From: the human T2T-CHM13v2.0 reference genome, Homo sapiens
Length of the DNA stretch: 64,000 nt
NCBI RefSeq assembly: GCF_009914755.1
Contig: NC_060926.1
Strand: one strand, 5' to 3'
A program made the position numbers and the translations under genes. Positions 14,765 to 28,540 of this stretch are shown piece by piece. Position 1 is the stretch's first letter. Each line of letters begins with the position of its first letter. The notes under the pieces are model-generated. The model was given only the letters and a program-made list of their open reading frames with translations. It was not told the origin of the DNA and ran no database searches.

Positions 14765-15886
14765 CCCTGAAAAATACTTTTGAAGTGGCATCGTAATTAT
14801 TTCTAAATAAATAGCAAACACTTAACACTTTCCTCCCAGTGTAATTCCATATATTAGTTTGGGACAAATGTGTGGTAGTAGATATGGTGACTAAAATCAA
14901 TCCATTCTATTCTTCTATAGGAGTATATTCTAGAGCATTCTTGTCATCCTATGGTGGTCCAAACATATGGCAGTTCATATTCACGCTGGAAGTAGAGACT
15001 TCTGGGGATGGGGACTAATATGTCCCAAAAGGGGACAAAACTCTGTCTAGGTCTCCTCTAGCCCTTTCCTAGATGTCCACCAATTGGAGAAGAAGCTTAT
15101 TATCTCATTGTTCACAACTTGACACTCATGGGAAGAAAATCACTAAGGGGCAGGGCCACTACTTTGAAAGGTGATGTGTTCGTGGTTGTGTTCTTTGGTC
15201 TAGCTTTTCTATCTGGTTATGGGTAATAAGTGAGTCACATAACTGATTCAAGGGGTATGGAGCGGGAAATTTAGCTTGGGCTTCTTGGTCTGAATCACAG
15301 TTTCTAATCTCGCTTAGTTTTATCATAAGAAGCCCTGTATGTTGAGGAGCAATCGCCATGTGCCCAGCTCTGCGTAAAGCACCATTTGATTTCCCATCCA
15401 GCTCTTGTTCTCTGTGGTCACATTCCTTGGGTTGAGGACCCTACAAGGTCAGGCAATGGTATTGGTAGGATTAGGGCACAAAATCAATGTCCTTAACACG
15501 GATATTAAGCTTTCTTCACAATAACATCAAATGAAGTGCTGACTTTGGAAACAAGCAGAAGTCAGTCATGGGTTTGAAATTACCCATTGCATTATGATGG
15601 TGCAGAAGCAATGCAGAAGATGCAGCTACAATTTCCCTGAATTTTCAGAAAGTGATTTGTATCTTAAGAGCTATTAAACATACAGAGAAAGCACAGATAT
15701 CAGCAGTTCTTCACATGACTCCTGGGCTTTCAAAAGTTCCTAATTGGCATTGGTAAAGGGCCTTATTAGCTGGAAAATATCTCAGCATACTGGTTTGGCT
15801 ATTACTGCTTTAATAAAAGACTGTAATTTTTACTTAAACCATGCAATTATATAGTAAAAATATTAGGCTTTTCTTTCAAAATTCAT

Positions 15887-15892
15887 TTTATT
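15887..15892 (-). terminator. MDH1B: Candidate MDH1B polyadenylation signal (AATAAA)
   Basis: tttatt on the plus strand about 700 nt past the stop codon; other AATAAA candidates at 15954-15959 and 16543-16548. Confidence 0.5.
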
Positions 15893-16588
15893 CAGGCCAT
15901 ATCTCTTGTCAAGGAGCAGAAACCTATTCAATCTAAGCTTTAAAAAAGTGTGATTTATTGTACAGACCTTTATACAAAGCACACTCAAGGAAAAATGGTA
16001 CAGAGGCAGGTCTTATGAAGGTGGTGAACCCAACCAGCTCTGAAGAGCTCACAGGCACATAGTTCACCACCATTAACCTGACCCAGACACCAACTTACTC
16101 ACTGGTCTCAGTTCAATTTTTTTTTGAGAGACAGAGAGAAAATATGATTGGTTCTCCTTGAGTGAAGTACATCTGTTTGGCCTAATTAGTTGAGGCCAAG
16201 GTGATGAGGACATTTGAGCAAACATGGCCACTTAGGTGCAGGTCTTAGGTATGGCTGATGGAAGGAAGCAGGTTCTCTCAGAAGATGTATGGGCAGATGC
16301 AATGACTGACAACTCTATTTTAATGTAATATAAAAAATAGCATTTGACACCAAAATAGTTCTAAGAAAATGCAATTATTATGAAACAAACATGAGTGGAT
16401 ACAAGTAATGCAAAATGACGGAACTCTGACCTCTGTGCTGTCACAGTGATTTAATTGCCTTGCATGGTATTATCTAAGACTGACATAAATCTTTCAAATT
16501 ATTCTTCCTTAAATATAGACATTCATATAAATTCTTTCTATGTTTATTGTGCTATCAAGTAATTATATATTTCATCCAATTTGATCTG

Positions 16589-16617
16589 TTAGGATTCCAC
16601 GGTTTTGCCTTCAAATT
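16589..16617 (-). CDS. MDH1B: MDH1B coding exon 12 (…EFEGKTVES*)
   Basis: Acceptor TTTACAG; phase matches exon 11; TAA at 16591-16589; spliced CDS totals 1557 nt. Confidence 0.92.
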
Positions 16618-17239
16618 CTGTAAAAGGAAAAGAATGAAAAGACATAACTATTTCCAAAATATGTTAGTAGCATATGTTATTATTAGCTTTTTTGTTTGCT
16701 GGATTCCTGTATTCATGATTCAATAGCTGAGAAAGTGCATGTGTGAGAGTGATTCTATGGGGAAATAAAGCCATGAGATCATAGTTAGGTATTTTCATAT
16801 AGCAAAACTAATTGTGGCCTCTTCCCTGGCCACAAGCTATTTTTATGTGCTCTCTCCTGTCACCTTGCTTTTCATTCCAAATTATGTATGCAGCTATGTT
16901 GTCAGCTCCATTTCTGCTCGACTTTGCTGCTCCTCTATGTACCAATTCTAATTCCCCCTGATTAGCCCCATTCCTAAGTCCATCATACCATACATTTCAG
17001 AATGAAAGGTGCATGAAATTTTGTTCATTTTATTGGACATTTAAATAAAAGGGTGGGGGCTTGGGTGAATATCCTGATTGGTCAACCACAAAGAAATCTA
17101 CGTCAGCTTTGTTTTCAACTCAGTTATATACTTGGGAAATCTGGACATGCAGATTACTTGTGTCAATTTCCTTACTTATTCATCTTGAGGGAAGGATTTA
17201 ATGAAGGATTTAAGGATTTGGTTGCAAAAGTGGGAAGCA

Positions 17240-17529
17240 GGCCAGGCACGGTGGCTCACGCCTGTAATTCTAGCACTTTGGAAGGCCAAAGTGGATGGTC
17301 ACTTGGGCCCAGGAGTTTGAGACCAGCCTGGGAAACATTGTGAGACCCTAGATCTACAAAAAAAATTAAAAATTAGTTGGGAGTGGTGATGCATGCCTGT
17401 GGTCCCAGCTACTTCAGGGGCTGAGTTGGGAGGGGCACAAATCTAGGAGGCTGAGGTTGCAGTGAGCTGTAACCGCACCACTGCACTTCAGCCTGGGCAA
17501 CAGAGCAGACCTTGTCTTAAAAAAAAAAA
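17240..17529 (+). mobile_element. Alu with an internally deleted right arm
   Basis: ggccaggcacggtggctcacgcc...; flanking aaaagtggga duplication. Confidence 0.88.
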
Positions 17530-17698
17530 GTGGGACGCTGGGATCCAGGAGAGTAAGCAACCAAGGCTGGGTCCCTGGGGAATGTGGGAAGTGGGGAGGG
17601 TTTGACAAGAATAGTATTGCAAGGAAATTTGATCCTCTATTACCCAGTTCCACTTGTAGAATAAGAAAATACTAGTTAATGTTTTGTCTACCACCTAC

Positions 17699-17767
17699 CA
17701 TTTAGGAACTCAAGACTCTGTGGCTTTTCAAAGGTGGTTTGAGGAATCTGATTTGGAAACTCTGCTG
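17699..17767 (-). CDS. MDH1B: MDH1B coding exon 11 (AAEFPNQIPQTTFEKPQSLEFLN)
   Basis: Acceptor TTTGCAG within a CAGCAGCAG run; donor GTAGGT; 69 nt, phase 1/1. Confidence 0.9.
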
Positions 17768-18234
17768 CTGCAAATAGAGTTAAAAGAATAGTTTTTAGTA
17801 TGTAAAGCGCAATAATTTTTGCAGTTATTTCCATTTTCTTCTATCTTGTTCCTTCCACTCTGAGGTTTCTCTGAATGCATTGCTCTCCTAGGAGTTACAA
17901 GATGCTAGACCACTGTTATATAAAGTCTCAACCATTGATGATGACTTATCTATGTCCTGAGTGGACAATATGAACAAGCAGATGTTCAGTCAACTGCTCA
18001 GTATAGCATCTTTCTACCAACATCCCTATGAAGCCTCCTTCCCTGGCCCCCATAAACCACTGGGCAACTTCTCAATGATTGCTAGCTTCCTTCTAAATAG
18101 ATAGTTTCAGATGAAGCCATAAAAATGGAAACAGACTAAATTATTATTTTTTTGATATATGGTTTGTATAGGCAGCTTTAGAAAAAATACAATTCTCTAC
18201 ATAAATATTTGCAAGCACTCACATTATATGTATA

Positions 18235-18670
18235 CAGTTGACCCCTGAACAATGTGGAGGTTACGGACACCATTCCTCTGTGTGATCAGTAATCTACACG
18301 TAACTTTTGACTCCCCCAAAACTTAACTAATAGCCCACTGTTGACCAGAAGTCTTGCCAATAACAGTTGATTAACATATATTTTGTATGTTATATGTATC
18401 ACATACTGCATTCTAACAATAAAGTGAGCTAGAGAAAAGAAAATGTTATTAAGAAAATCATAAGGAAGAGAAAATATATTTACTATTCATTAAGTGGAAA
18501 TGGATCATCATAAGGTTCTTTATCCTCATTTTCTTTATGTTGACTAGGCTGGGGAGGAGCAGGAGGAAGAGGAGGCATTGGTCTTGCTGTCTTAGGGATG
18601 GCAGAGGTGGAAGAAAATCTGCATAAGTGGACCTGCACAGTTCAAACCCATGCTGTTCAAGGGTCAACAG
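18235..18670. mobile_element. Tigger2a-like TcMar DNA transposon
   Basis: Terminal inverted repeats cagttgacccctgaaca / tgttcaagggtcaacag; about 436 bp. Confidence 0.8.
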
Positions 18671-19159
18671 CATATGTGTGTGTATTTATGTAATACATTA
18701 TAAATTATATATATGATGAGATATATATACACATAATGAGACAAAAAATCCCAGATTTTCCCTGTTAAGGAGAATTCTAACTTGGTTCTCTCGGTCTTTT
18801 CCTCTCACCTGTGTTCTGAGGAAGATGCTATCTTGCCCTATTGGTTATTTTGGGCTTCATAATAGAGAATTGAGAAGAAAAGGGAAAGGTGAGAAGCAAG
18901 AGATACAAGGGACTGGAGCTGAAGTTAGAGTATTTTGGGAGAGTTTGAGGTGAATATGACAAGGAAGCAGTTTTAGTGCTTTTTAAAAAAAAGTTGACAT
19001 TTTTATGCCCATTTCAAAGTGTTTGTGAAGCATATGAAAAGAAGCAGTTATTTAAAACTTGCTTTGGTCGCTAGACCATAACATTATTCTCTAACAACTG
19101 GACAATATGAGTCACGACTATTAGCAATATAGACATTGTTTATAACCCCACTGACTTAC

Positions 19160-19210
19160 CATCTGACATAGCTAGATTTTTTTCTTCATCAGGGACCAGA
19201 TCTTTATGTC
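19160..19210 (-). CDS. MDH1B: MDH1B coding exon 10 (GHKDLVPDEEKNLAMSD)
   Basis: Acceptor TTTCAG; donor GTAAGT; 51 nt, phase 1/1. Confidence 0.92.
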
Positions 19211-19420
19211 CTGAAATCAAAATTAAATAAAACATGCTGGATTTAGAATATAACCAACAACCTAACTAGGTCATGAGATGTTCTGAGTCAATGTTTTTCA
19301 AACTTCAGTGACTATGACCCACAATAAAAGACACATTTTACATTATAGTCCAATGTGTACATTTGTGTACATATTAATGAAACAAAAAAATACATGAAAT
19401 AATACTTATCTTTTTCTAAT

Positions 19421-21280
19421 TGTGATGGTTAATACCGAGTGCCAACTTGATTGGATTGAAGGATGCAAAGTATTGATCCTGGGTGTGTCTGTGAGGGTGT
19501 TGCCAAAGGAAATTAACATTTGAGTCAGTGGGCTGGGGAAGACAGACCCACCCTTAATCTGGTGGGCACAATCTAATCAGCTGCCAGCAAATATAAAGCA
19601 GGAAGAAAAATGTGAAAAGGTGAGAATTGCCTAGCCTCCTAGCCTACATTTTTCTCCCATGCTGGATGCTTCCTGCCCTCAAACATTGGACTCCAAGTTT
19701 TTCAATTTTGAGACTCAGACTGGCTCTCCTTGCTCCTCAAGCTTGCAGACAGCCCATTGTGGGACCCTGTGATTGTGTAACTTAATACTCAATAAATTCC
19801 CCTTTATTTATACATAAGTATCCTATTAGTTCTGTCCCTCTACGGAACCTTGACTATACAGATTTTGGTACCAGGAGTGGTTCTAGAGAAACAAAATATT
19901 AAGGATGGAGTTCTTTTGTTGGTTTTCGGGTTTCTGGAGTTGGCTGCTTAGTATGATTCGACCTCCAAATGCTAAGGACCTAAGGACTCTACTTTTAATA
20001 GTATGGAGAACACTGATAGTCCTTGGCATGAACTGTTTAATGAGTTATGCAAAATAAATGAATTTGACACTCCTGATTCACTGCCCATGAGAGGCAGGGA
20101 GTTTAGTGACTCTATACATAATACCTTTGACCATATGTGGTGAACAAAGGAACATAATGAAGCTGGTTAGCTGCTCCTAAGTTCAGTGGACAAAGTGATG
20201 AAAGAAAATGATGAACTCAGAGATTCTGTCTCCTGGCAGATACTGAGCCTCAAATCTGCAAAGATTGCCCTGAGTGAGTCTTATCTCCTGTAGAGAAAGA
20301 GCTGAAATTGTGGAAAAACAGACACAAGCTCTTATTATGTGAGTGGTTGAACTGCAACGAAAAGTGTATGCACAGCCTTGCCAGGTGTCTCCTGTTAAAG
20401 TGAGGGCATTAATTGGAAAAGAATGGGATGCTGCAACTTGGAATGGAGACGTGTGGGAGAACCCTGATGAAGCTGGGGACACTGAGTTTGTAAACTCTGA
20501 TGAACCTTTTTTGCCAGATGGAACAGCTTCCCCATACCCAGTAGTGGCAACATCCCCTCCCTGACCCATGCTGTCATCAGCCTTTCCACCTTTGTCTGAG
20601 GAGATAAACCCTGTGCTGCCTGAGGCAAGAGTGACGGCCTCCCCTGAGGCAGTTGCCAGGGAAAATGTTGATTCTCCTCAGTAGCCACCCCTAACACCCT
20701 TGTTTGCTTCTAGACCTATAACTAGACTAAAGTCTTGGTGGGCCTCTAGAGGTGAGGTTGAGAGTATGACCCATGAAGAAGTGTGCTACACTCAAAAAGA
20801 GCTGCTTGATGTCTCTATTTTTTTTTTTTTTTTTTTTTTTGAGACAGAGTCTCATTCTGTCATCCAGGCTGGAGTGCAGTGGTGCAATCTCAGCTCAAGC
20901 TCCACCTCCTGGGTTCACGCCATTCTCCTGCCTCAGCCTCCCAAGTAGCTGGGACTACAGGTGCCTGCCACCATGCCTGGCTAATTTTGTTTTTGTATTT
21001 TTAGTAGAGACAGGGTTTCACCATGTTAGCCAGGATGGTCTCGATCTCCTGACTTTGTGATCTGCCCACCTCGGCCTCCCAAAGTGCTGGGATTACAGGT
21101 GTGAGCCACCACGCCCAGCCGATGTCTCTAATTTATATAAACAGAAATCTGGAGAACAGGTATGGGAATGGATATTAAGGGTATGGGATAATAGTTGAAG
21201 GAACACAGAGTTGGATCAGGCTGAATTTATTGACTTGGGCCTACTAAGTAGGGACTTGGCGTTTAATGTTGCAGCTCAGG
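19421..21280 (+). mobile_element. MLT2A LTR (19421-19860) plus 5' HERV-L internal (gag-like) remnant
   Basis: LTR tgtgatggttaat...gactataca; PBS-like tggtaccaggagtgg at 19866; degenerate gag ORF 20343-20564 (…LIGKEWDAATWNGDVW…); interrupted by an Alu. Confidence 0.85.
20818..21120 (-). mobile_element. Alu (AluY-like) inside HERV-L
   Basis: Diagnostic gggttcacgccattctcctgcc and ttagccaggatggtctcgatctcctgac; TSD gatgtctcta. Confidence 0.9.
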
Positions 21281-22707
21281 AAGCTTTCTACTCTGGTCTC
21301 ATTTCTGCCCTCTCCATTGCACAAAATTGCTCTCATTAAAGTCACAAATGACCTTTGTCATACATCCATTGGGTATTTTTCAGGTATCATTTTATCTGAC
21401 ACACCAGTAGCATCTGACAGTGTAGAACAGTCCTTGTTCTTGAAACACCCTCTGCCTTCAGGTCTTTTACATCATCAGATTCCAGGGACTTATCCTGACT
21501 CTCTGACCACCCCTTTCTCATGGTCCTCTGTCAGTTGCTCCTGTTCTACTTAACCATGACAGGCTAAGTTCCTCCAGGCTTTTTTCTCTTACCTTCTCTC
21601 TAGACAATCTCCACCATACTGATAGCTTCATTTCTATTTATGAGGCAACAACTCCCCATTTGGCAACTGTAGTCCAGATCTTTCTGAGCTCCAGGAAGTA
21701 TGCAGTTCTCCATGTGACATTTCCATTTTAGATATCACACAGGTATTTCAGAATCAAAATGTAAGAAATGAAACTCATGCTTTTTCTAATCTGGCACCAT
21801 GCTTCTTCCTCTTCCATCCACAGGCGTGCATGCACACACACACCCCTCCCACATTCTCATATTTTCTCTCTCTCTCTCATTCTTTTACCATTTTCCCCTT
21901 ATCAATAGTAAATCTGCCCAGTTGTTCAGCCAGAAGAACCCTGGGATTCACCAAAGCCAATCAGATTCATCAGCAATTCTTGATATTTCCACATCCTAAA
22001 TATCTCTCAAATTTCTACTGCCTCTGGTCTTGGCTGTATGCACTCCCCCTCAATACCAGTCTTTCTGCAAACAGCCTTGCCTTATTCCAGGATGTTTTTC
22101 AAACTAATCCCACAACTGACCAGGTTCTCTCCATCTAGAAATCTTCTGTAGCTCTCACATCTACTCCTCATGGCTGTATCTCTCAGCTCCATCTCTTCTG
22201 GCTTTGGCCACATGAGCTTTTCCACAGTTTTTCCAAACAAGTTGATATGTACTTTCCTGCTTCAGATTCTTCCCTTCTATCCGCAGGCATGAGCTCTGAC
22301 AGCACAGCAGCCAACATTTACTCCTCCCACGCACCACAGTTGCAGTCATCTATATAATGTGTGGCCAGCCTCTTGATGGACTGCAGGTTCCCAGAGGGCA
22401 AGATCAGGTCTATCTCATTCACCTCTGTATTTCCAGCTCCTAGCACTGGCTTATAGTTGGTACTGCACACACATTAGCAGAAGGAAGGAATATTGGGCTC
22501 CAAAAGACACTTGACTAAAGCCCTTTGCATAAATAAATTGATTTATTTCTACATGTATATATCCATACCTAAGATGAGATCATCTTTAAGGCAAAGAAAA
22601 GATGTCAGCCCTCCCCTATTTCTTATGAGTGGAGAAAATACCAATAAGAAAAATAAGCTTCTTGAAATTTGTTGGCTTTTAATAAAGTTATCTAAAAATA
22701 AATCTGG

Positions 22708-23493
22708 TGTTGTGAGTTGAATTGTGTTTCCAAAAAGATATGCTGAAGTTGGCCAGGCATGGTGGCTCATGCCTGTAATCTCATCACTTTGGGAGGCTGA
22801 GGTGGGTGGATCACGAGGTCAGCAGTTTGAGACCAGCCCGGCCAACATAGTGAAACCTCGTCTCTACTAAAAATACAAAAATTAGCCAGGCATGGTGGTG
22901 TGCACCTGTAGTTCCAGCTAATCAGGAGGCTGAGACAGGAGAATCGCTCGTACCTGGGAGGCGGGGCTTGTGGTGAGCCGAGATGGCACCACTGCACTTC
23001 AGTCTGGGCAACAGAGCAAGACTCTGTCTAAATAAATAAATAAATAAATAAATAAAATATATATATATATATGTTGAAGTCCTAACGCCTGGTACCTATG
23101 AATGTGATCTTATGGGAAATGGAGTCTTGGTGGATATAATCAATTTAAGATGGGTTCAGACTGGTTTAGGGCAGGTCTTGAATGCAATGACTGGTATCCT
23201 TAGAGAGAAAGAGAGACTTAGAAACACAGACACACACAGAGGAAAGATGGACATGTGAAGAGGGAAGCACAGGTTGGAGTGATGCAGCAACAAGCCAGGA
23301 ATGCAAGCAGTGCAACCCAAAGCTAGAAAAAGCAAGAAGGAATTCTTTCTCAAGCCTTCAGAGAGAGTGTGGCCCTGCTGATACCTCACATCAGGTCTTC
23401 TAGTCTCCTGAGCTGTGAACAAGTAAATTTCTGTTGTTTTTAAGCCATCCACTTTGTGGTAATTTGTTATGGTAGTCCTAGGAAATTAATAAA
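22708..23493 (+). mobile_element. MLT1 LTR interrupted by a plus-strand Alu (22751-23056)
   Basis: MLT1 motifs ggtacctatgaatgtgatc...ttttaagccatccactttgtggtaatttgttat; Alu with TSD atatg(c/t)tgaagt and (taaa)n tail. Confidence 0.8.
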
Positions 23494-23729
23494 TATGTTA
23501 CCTACAACATTTATAAGATCATAGTGTTCATAAGTTGTGTTTTCTTTAACATTCTTATGAGATGTTTTATTTCAAAGGACACATTGAACTTAACAGTTTA
23601 TTTTGTCATTAGTTTAGAAATGACAAAATATAAATGAGAGTTATTCATATTAACAGTGATTCAGTTATAACAAATATTTTAATACTCTTTTAATAGCAGT
23701 CCAATAAAACATCACGTCTAAGAGCTTAC

Positions 23730-23781
23730 CTGATTGGTATGGCTGAAAATGTATCTTGTCTCCAAGTGCAACAAGTTTCTC
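23730..23781 (-). CDS. MDH1B: MDH1B coding exon 9 (EKLVALGDKIHFQPYQS)
   Basis: Acceptor CAACAG; donor GTAAGC; 52 nt, phase 0/1. Confidence 0.92.
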
Positions 23782-23832
23782 CTGTTGAAATTTTATAATC
23801 ACAGAATTAAATGACCACAATTCCTAACTTAA

Positions 23833-24223
<391 letters not shown>

Positions 24224-24394
24224 TAAATGAGTAGTGTTCCTTCACTGATTTTTTTCAAACTTTTATTATCTCATTATTTTTAAGAATTAAAAAAAAATTT
24301 GAATCCATAGAAAAACCAATGTATGCCTTGGCCTAGGAGAATCAGTTTAAGGTCATTATCAAGGTCAGTCCCCTTGCATCTATTCTGACATTAC

Positions 24395-24534
24395 CTGAAT
24401 TAGATCACTTGTCATTCGGGTCATTATTTGTTCACTTATTTCAACATCTTTGAGATCTGTAAGAACCACCCAAGTTCCATTCTCAAATTTCACAGGCATA
24501 GAAAAGACGATCCCTTTCGGAATACCAAACTGGC
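24395..24534 (-). CDS. MDH1B: MDH1B coding exon 8 ([20 protein letters not shown]…SDLIQ)
   Basis: Acceptor CTGCAG; donor GTAATG; 140 nt; resembles the MDH1 C-terminal YGVPDDLLYSFPV segment. Confidence 0.93.
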
Positions 24535-26206
24535 CTGCAGTGAGCAAACACAAAGCAAAGCAATGCAGCAGAACTTAGAAACATGCACCTTTTCTGTTAA
24601 GCATTGTAGAAAATGACAGACATAGTATAGGATTTTTAATGATAATGATGGAATTAAATTTCTCGGAATTCTTCTCCAAAGAGGACTGAAACACTCCCTC
24701 TAGAAGGATTGACTGAGCGACTATCCAAGTTCTAACAATTCTGCCATCTGTATTTATCTGACATCCAGAGGCTAATGCAGTCTTTCTCTTTTGAACCCTG
24801 TCTGTATTCTTTTTGTCTGTCTGCATGGCTTTTCCCTGGACCCCTATGCAGCCCATGAGCCTAAGTCATTTGTCCATCTGGCCTTCCACTCTTCTCACCT
24901 GCTACAGCACTCACACAGCCAGAGTATGAAGAATTGGGAAGGGAAAGGAGGGGAGGCAGGAAATTTGGTTATTCCTTTGCAGCCCCCAGTTTGCCATGTG
25001 TTTTGGTGTGCGTTTGCTTCATGGGGGATGATTTCCTTTACATATTTCTATGTCTTAAGCAGAAGCCATCCTTCATTTAATAACACATTTAATTTCTTTA
25101 AGATATACAGAAATACTTATATTTGGATGTGCTCTAAATAAAAAGATTGACCATATTTATTACTAACTGAGCACCATTCAGACAAAATTGTCCCCGTTTC
25201 TGGTGCCTCGATCACATAAGAAAATTATTTCTGCCATACTAGACAACAAAAATATCACCAGGGCAAAAAAACAAACAACAACAACAACAACAACAAAACA
25301 TTGAGGACATTCGAGAAACCAAGATCTAAAAGACTTTTCCTTAGAGGGCTTCCCAGGTCCTCAAGTAATGCTGTATTTTGTTTAATCTGTGAAGAGCTAG
25401 CCTTATGGGCAGACAAGGTCTGAGGGTTTACCTATTTGGTATGGTTTCAGAGAGACAGATAATGATCATTTACCCTCCTCCCCCAAGTACTGCATTGTTT
25501 ATTTTTGAATATAATTCCTACAGAGATTAATTAAACTTTCTTTCTACAAATAAAGGTAAGGTTTTAAGTGCCTATTTCCCTAAGGAGATAATTTGCTGAT
25601 CTGAATTCACATTATGGCAATGTTCATGCACCTTAACTTCAATTGAACAAGATTGATTGAGTGTCTACCATATAAAATGCTTCTCCTGTGAAGAAGCAAA
25701 GAGGTGGCCCAGAAAAAGCCTTTGCCCTCAGGGTGCCACAAGGAAGGGGACAATGCAACTAATCATACTATCAAAAACAGGCACACTATAATATTCTCCG
25801 TGATAGGCGAACAAAATGCTATGTGGGGATACGGAGGAGAGACAGAGATTAATTCTGACATGGGGGATTTGGGGAGATTTCCTTAACCTGTACTGGCGTC
25901 ACTGAAACAATAGGGAAGATGGTGGTTCTACTTATAACATAAAGAATACAAGAGATGGAACCAATTGGGAAGGATGACAGTACATTCAGTCTGGTATATG
26001 TTGGATGGAAGTGATGACATGACATCCAGGTGACAATGTTTCAGAAGCTAGAGCTCGGCAGAGAGGTCCAGGTCTGCAGCTCTGGGAGTGAATTAGCTTG
26101 CTAAGGGAGAAAGTAGAACCCAAAGGGAAGAGATGCTTCAGATAGACCTTACAGATGACAGAACAGCAGCTATTCTCTTTCCTGTTTTGTAAAAATGGTA
26201 GAAGTC

Positions 26207-26542
<336 letters not shown>

Positions 26543-27127
26543 TTAGGGCTGTAAAAGTTTATATGCAGTATTCGTGGATGGAGAGCAACCTTTCCACATT
26601 CCCAGCGCTGCCTGGTACCCTGAGATCTGGGTCCTGAAGTGCCTCTCTCTATCCTGCCTTTGTGTCTGTGCTCCTATGGTTCCCTGTGCCCAGTGTTCTT
26701 TCCACACTTGTCTTCCAGGTCAAAGCTCCTCATACTTTAGGCTTACTGTAGTGTCACCTTCTTTATGAAGCCTGTCCTGGTTCCACCTGCTTCCTGCCTA
26801 GAATTGACCTTGCTTTCCCTTTATCTATTGCTAGGAAAACCTAACAACATGATTTTGTTTATGTATCTGGCTCTTGTTTATTCCACTGTAGGTTTCCTGA
26901 AGGCAGAGGCCAGGTCTTAACTCCTATGTGTATTTCCAATGCATCCATACAAAATATTGTTGACTTTCTGAATGAGTAATTGAATGAATGAATGAGTATG
27001 AAATTGTAAAAGTCCAGGCAGCTAATGGACCATGTTAAGAGCTAGATGGGTGGGGACACAGAATTAGGAGCACGAGTTATAGATAGAGGTTTTAAGATTT
27101 TACAAGATATGAAAAACCCAGATTTAC

Positions 27128-27291
27128 CTTCACTCAATATTCCTAAAGATACAATCTCCCCAGGTGGTGAGCCATGGTACCAGTATTTCAGTGTAGTGGC
27201 TATACTGTGTGCAGCCAAAATGCCTCCAAATTGTCTTCCTGTGGTGGTCAAGTTTTTAAGAATTGCCACAAATTCTCTTTTTACCCACTCA
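27128..27291 (-). CDS. MDH1B: MDH1B coding exon 7 ([13 protein letters not shown]…[11 protein letters not shown])
   Basis: Acceptor CTTACAG; donor GTAAAT; 164 nt; overlaps track ORF 27042-27269. Confidence 0.94.
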
Positions 27292-27668
27292 CTGTAAGGA
27301 GAGAAAGAAACAATTTTACAATGGAGAGAGGAATTAAAGAGAAAAAGGATGTTCCCTGGCTCAGTGGAACTAAGTATCAGAAACCTAATCCACAGTCAAA
27401 ATAGAAATACAGCTTTATTTCTAGTGTCTTTCCTCAAGTGTCTTTGATCCCCATAAAAAGTCAATTGAAAAATAGTGAAATGTAGTAGAAAGGAGTCCCA
27501 AGATGTCAAACTAAAAATATGATACTATAAATATGGAACATAGAAAAGTGGCTGAAAATGGCAAGAACCATTATTTTCATTACAAAGAATTGATCCTGTG
27601 TAGACTCTACCTTGGAACCAGTAGTACCCTACATATTAAACAAAATAATTTCATTAAACATTGAATTA

Positions 27669-28008
27669 CAGGTTGCGTATCCCTTAGCCTAAATGCTTAG
27701 GACCAGAGTGTTCCAGATTTTGGAATATTTGCATATACACAATGAAATATCATGAGGATGGAACTCAGGTCTAAACACAAAGTTCATTTATGTTTCACAT
27801 ACACCTTATACACATAGCCTGAAGGTAATTTTATACAACATGTTTAATAATTTTGTGCACAAAGCAAAGATTGTGTAAATTAAACCATCAGAAAGCAAAG
27901 GTGCCGAATGTAGAATTTTCCACTTGTGGCATCATGTTGGTGCTCAAAAAGTTTCAGTTTTTGGTGCATTTCAGATTTCTGATTTTTGGATTGGGGTGTT
28001 CAAGCTGG
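27669..28008. mobile_element. Tigger4/Zombi-like DNA transposon
   Basis: Begins caggttgcgtatcccttagcctaaatgcttaggaccag and ends with a degenerate inverted repeat. Confidence 0.65.
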
Positions 28009-28432
28009 ATTCACGTTGAGAATTAGGAAAATAATTATGTTTTTATGATCTGAAGTCTAAATTCAGAGAATAGTCCAGCTGGTTAGCTTCTGCTAACCCT
28101 GCACGACACAGCTCTATGCAACACTGGTCCTGCCCACGCAGCAAATGCAGAGGAATCATGCTTCAAAATAGTGAACTCGGGACACATCATCCCTAGGCAG
28201 GGGTGAAGCTCCTATGGTCTGAGGAAGAAAAGGAAAGCAAAGGGCAATGGAAAGAAAATCCTACAACTGGGAAAGTGCTGCAAAGTTTAGAAAAAATGCT
28301 TCAGAGGTGCTCCTTCCTGCTTCTCCTCTGCCTCATCATAATTGCTAGTGCTTATTGTACAGACACAGCCCTAAGTCCTTTATTGGGAGTAATCCATTTT
28401 ATCTTCCCCAAGACCCTATAGGGAGGACCCTT

Positions 28433-28540
28433 ATCATGTTACCATTTCCACTTTGCAGATGAAAAACTGAGTTACAGAGAGGCTGCTTAGCCTCTCTGTA
28501 ACTCAGTTTTTCATCTGCAAAGTGGAAATGGTAACATGAT
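28433..28540. repeat. Perfect inverted repeat (52-bp arms, 4-nt loop) within a MIR element
   Basis: 28433-28484 is the exact reverse complement of 28489-28540; followed by a 17-bp tandem duplication (28541-28574). Confidence 0.97.
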
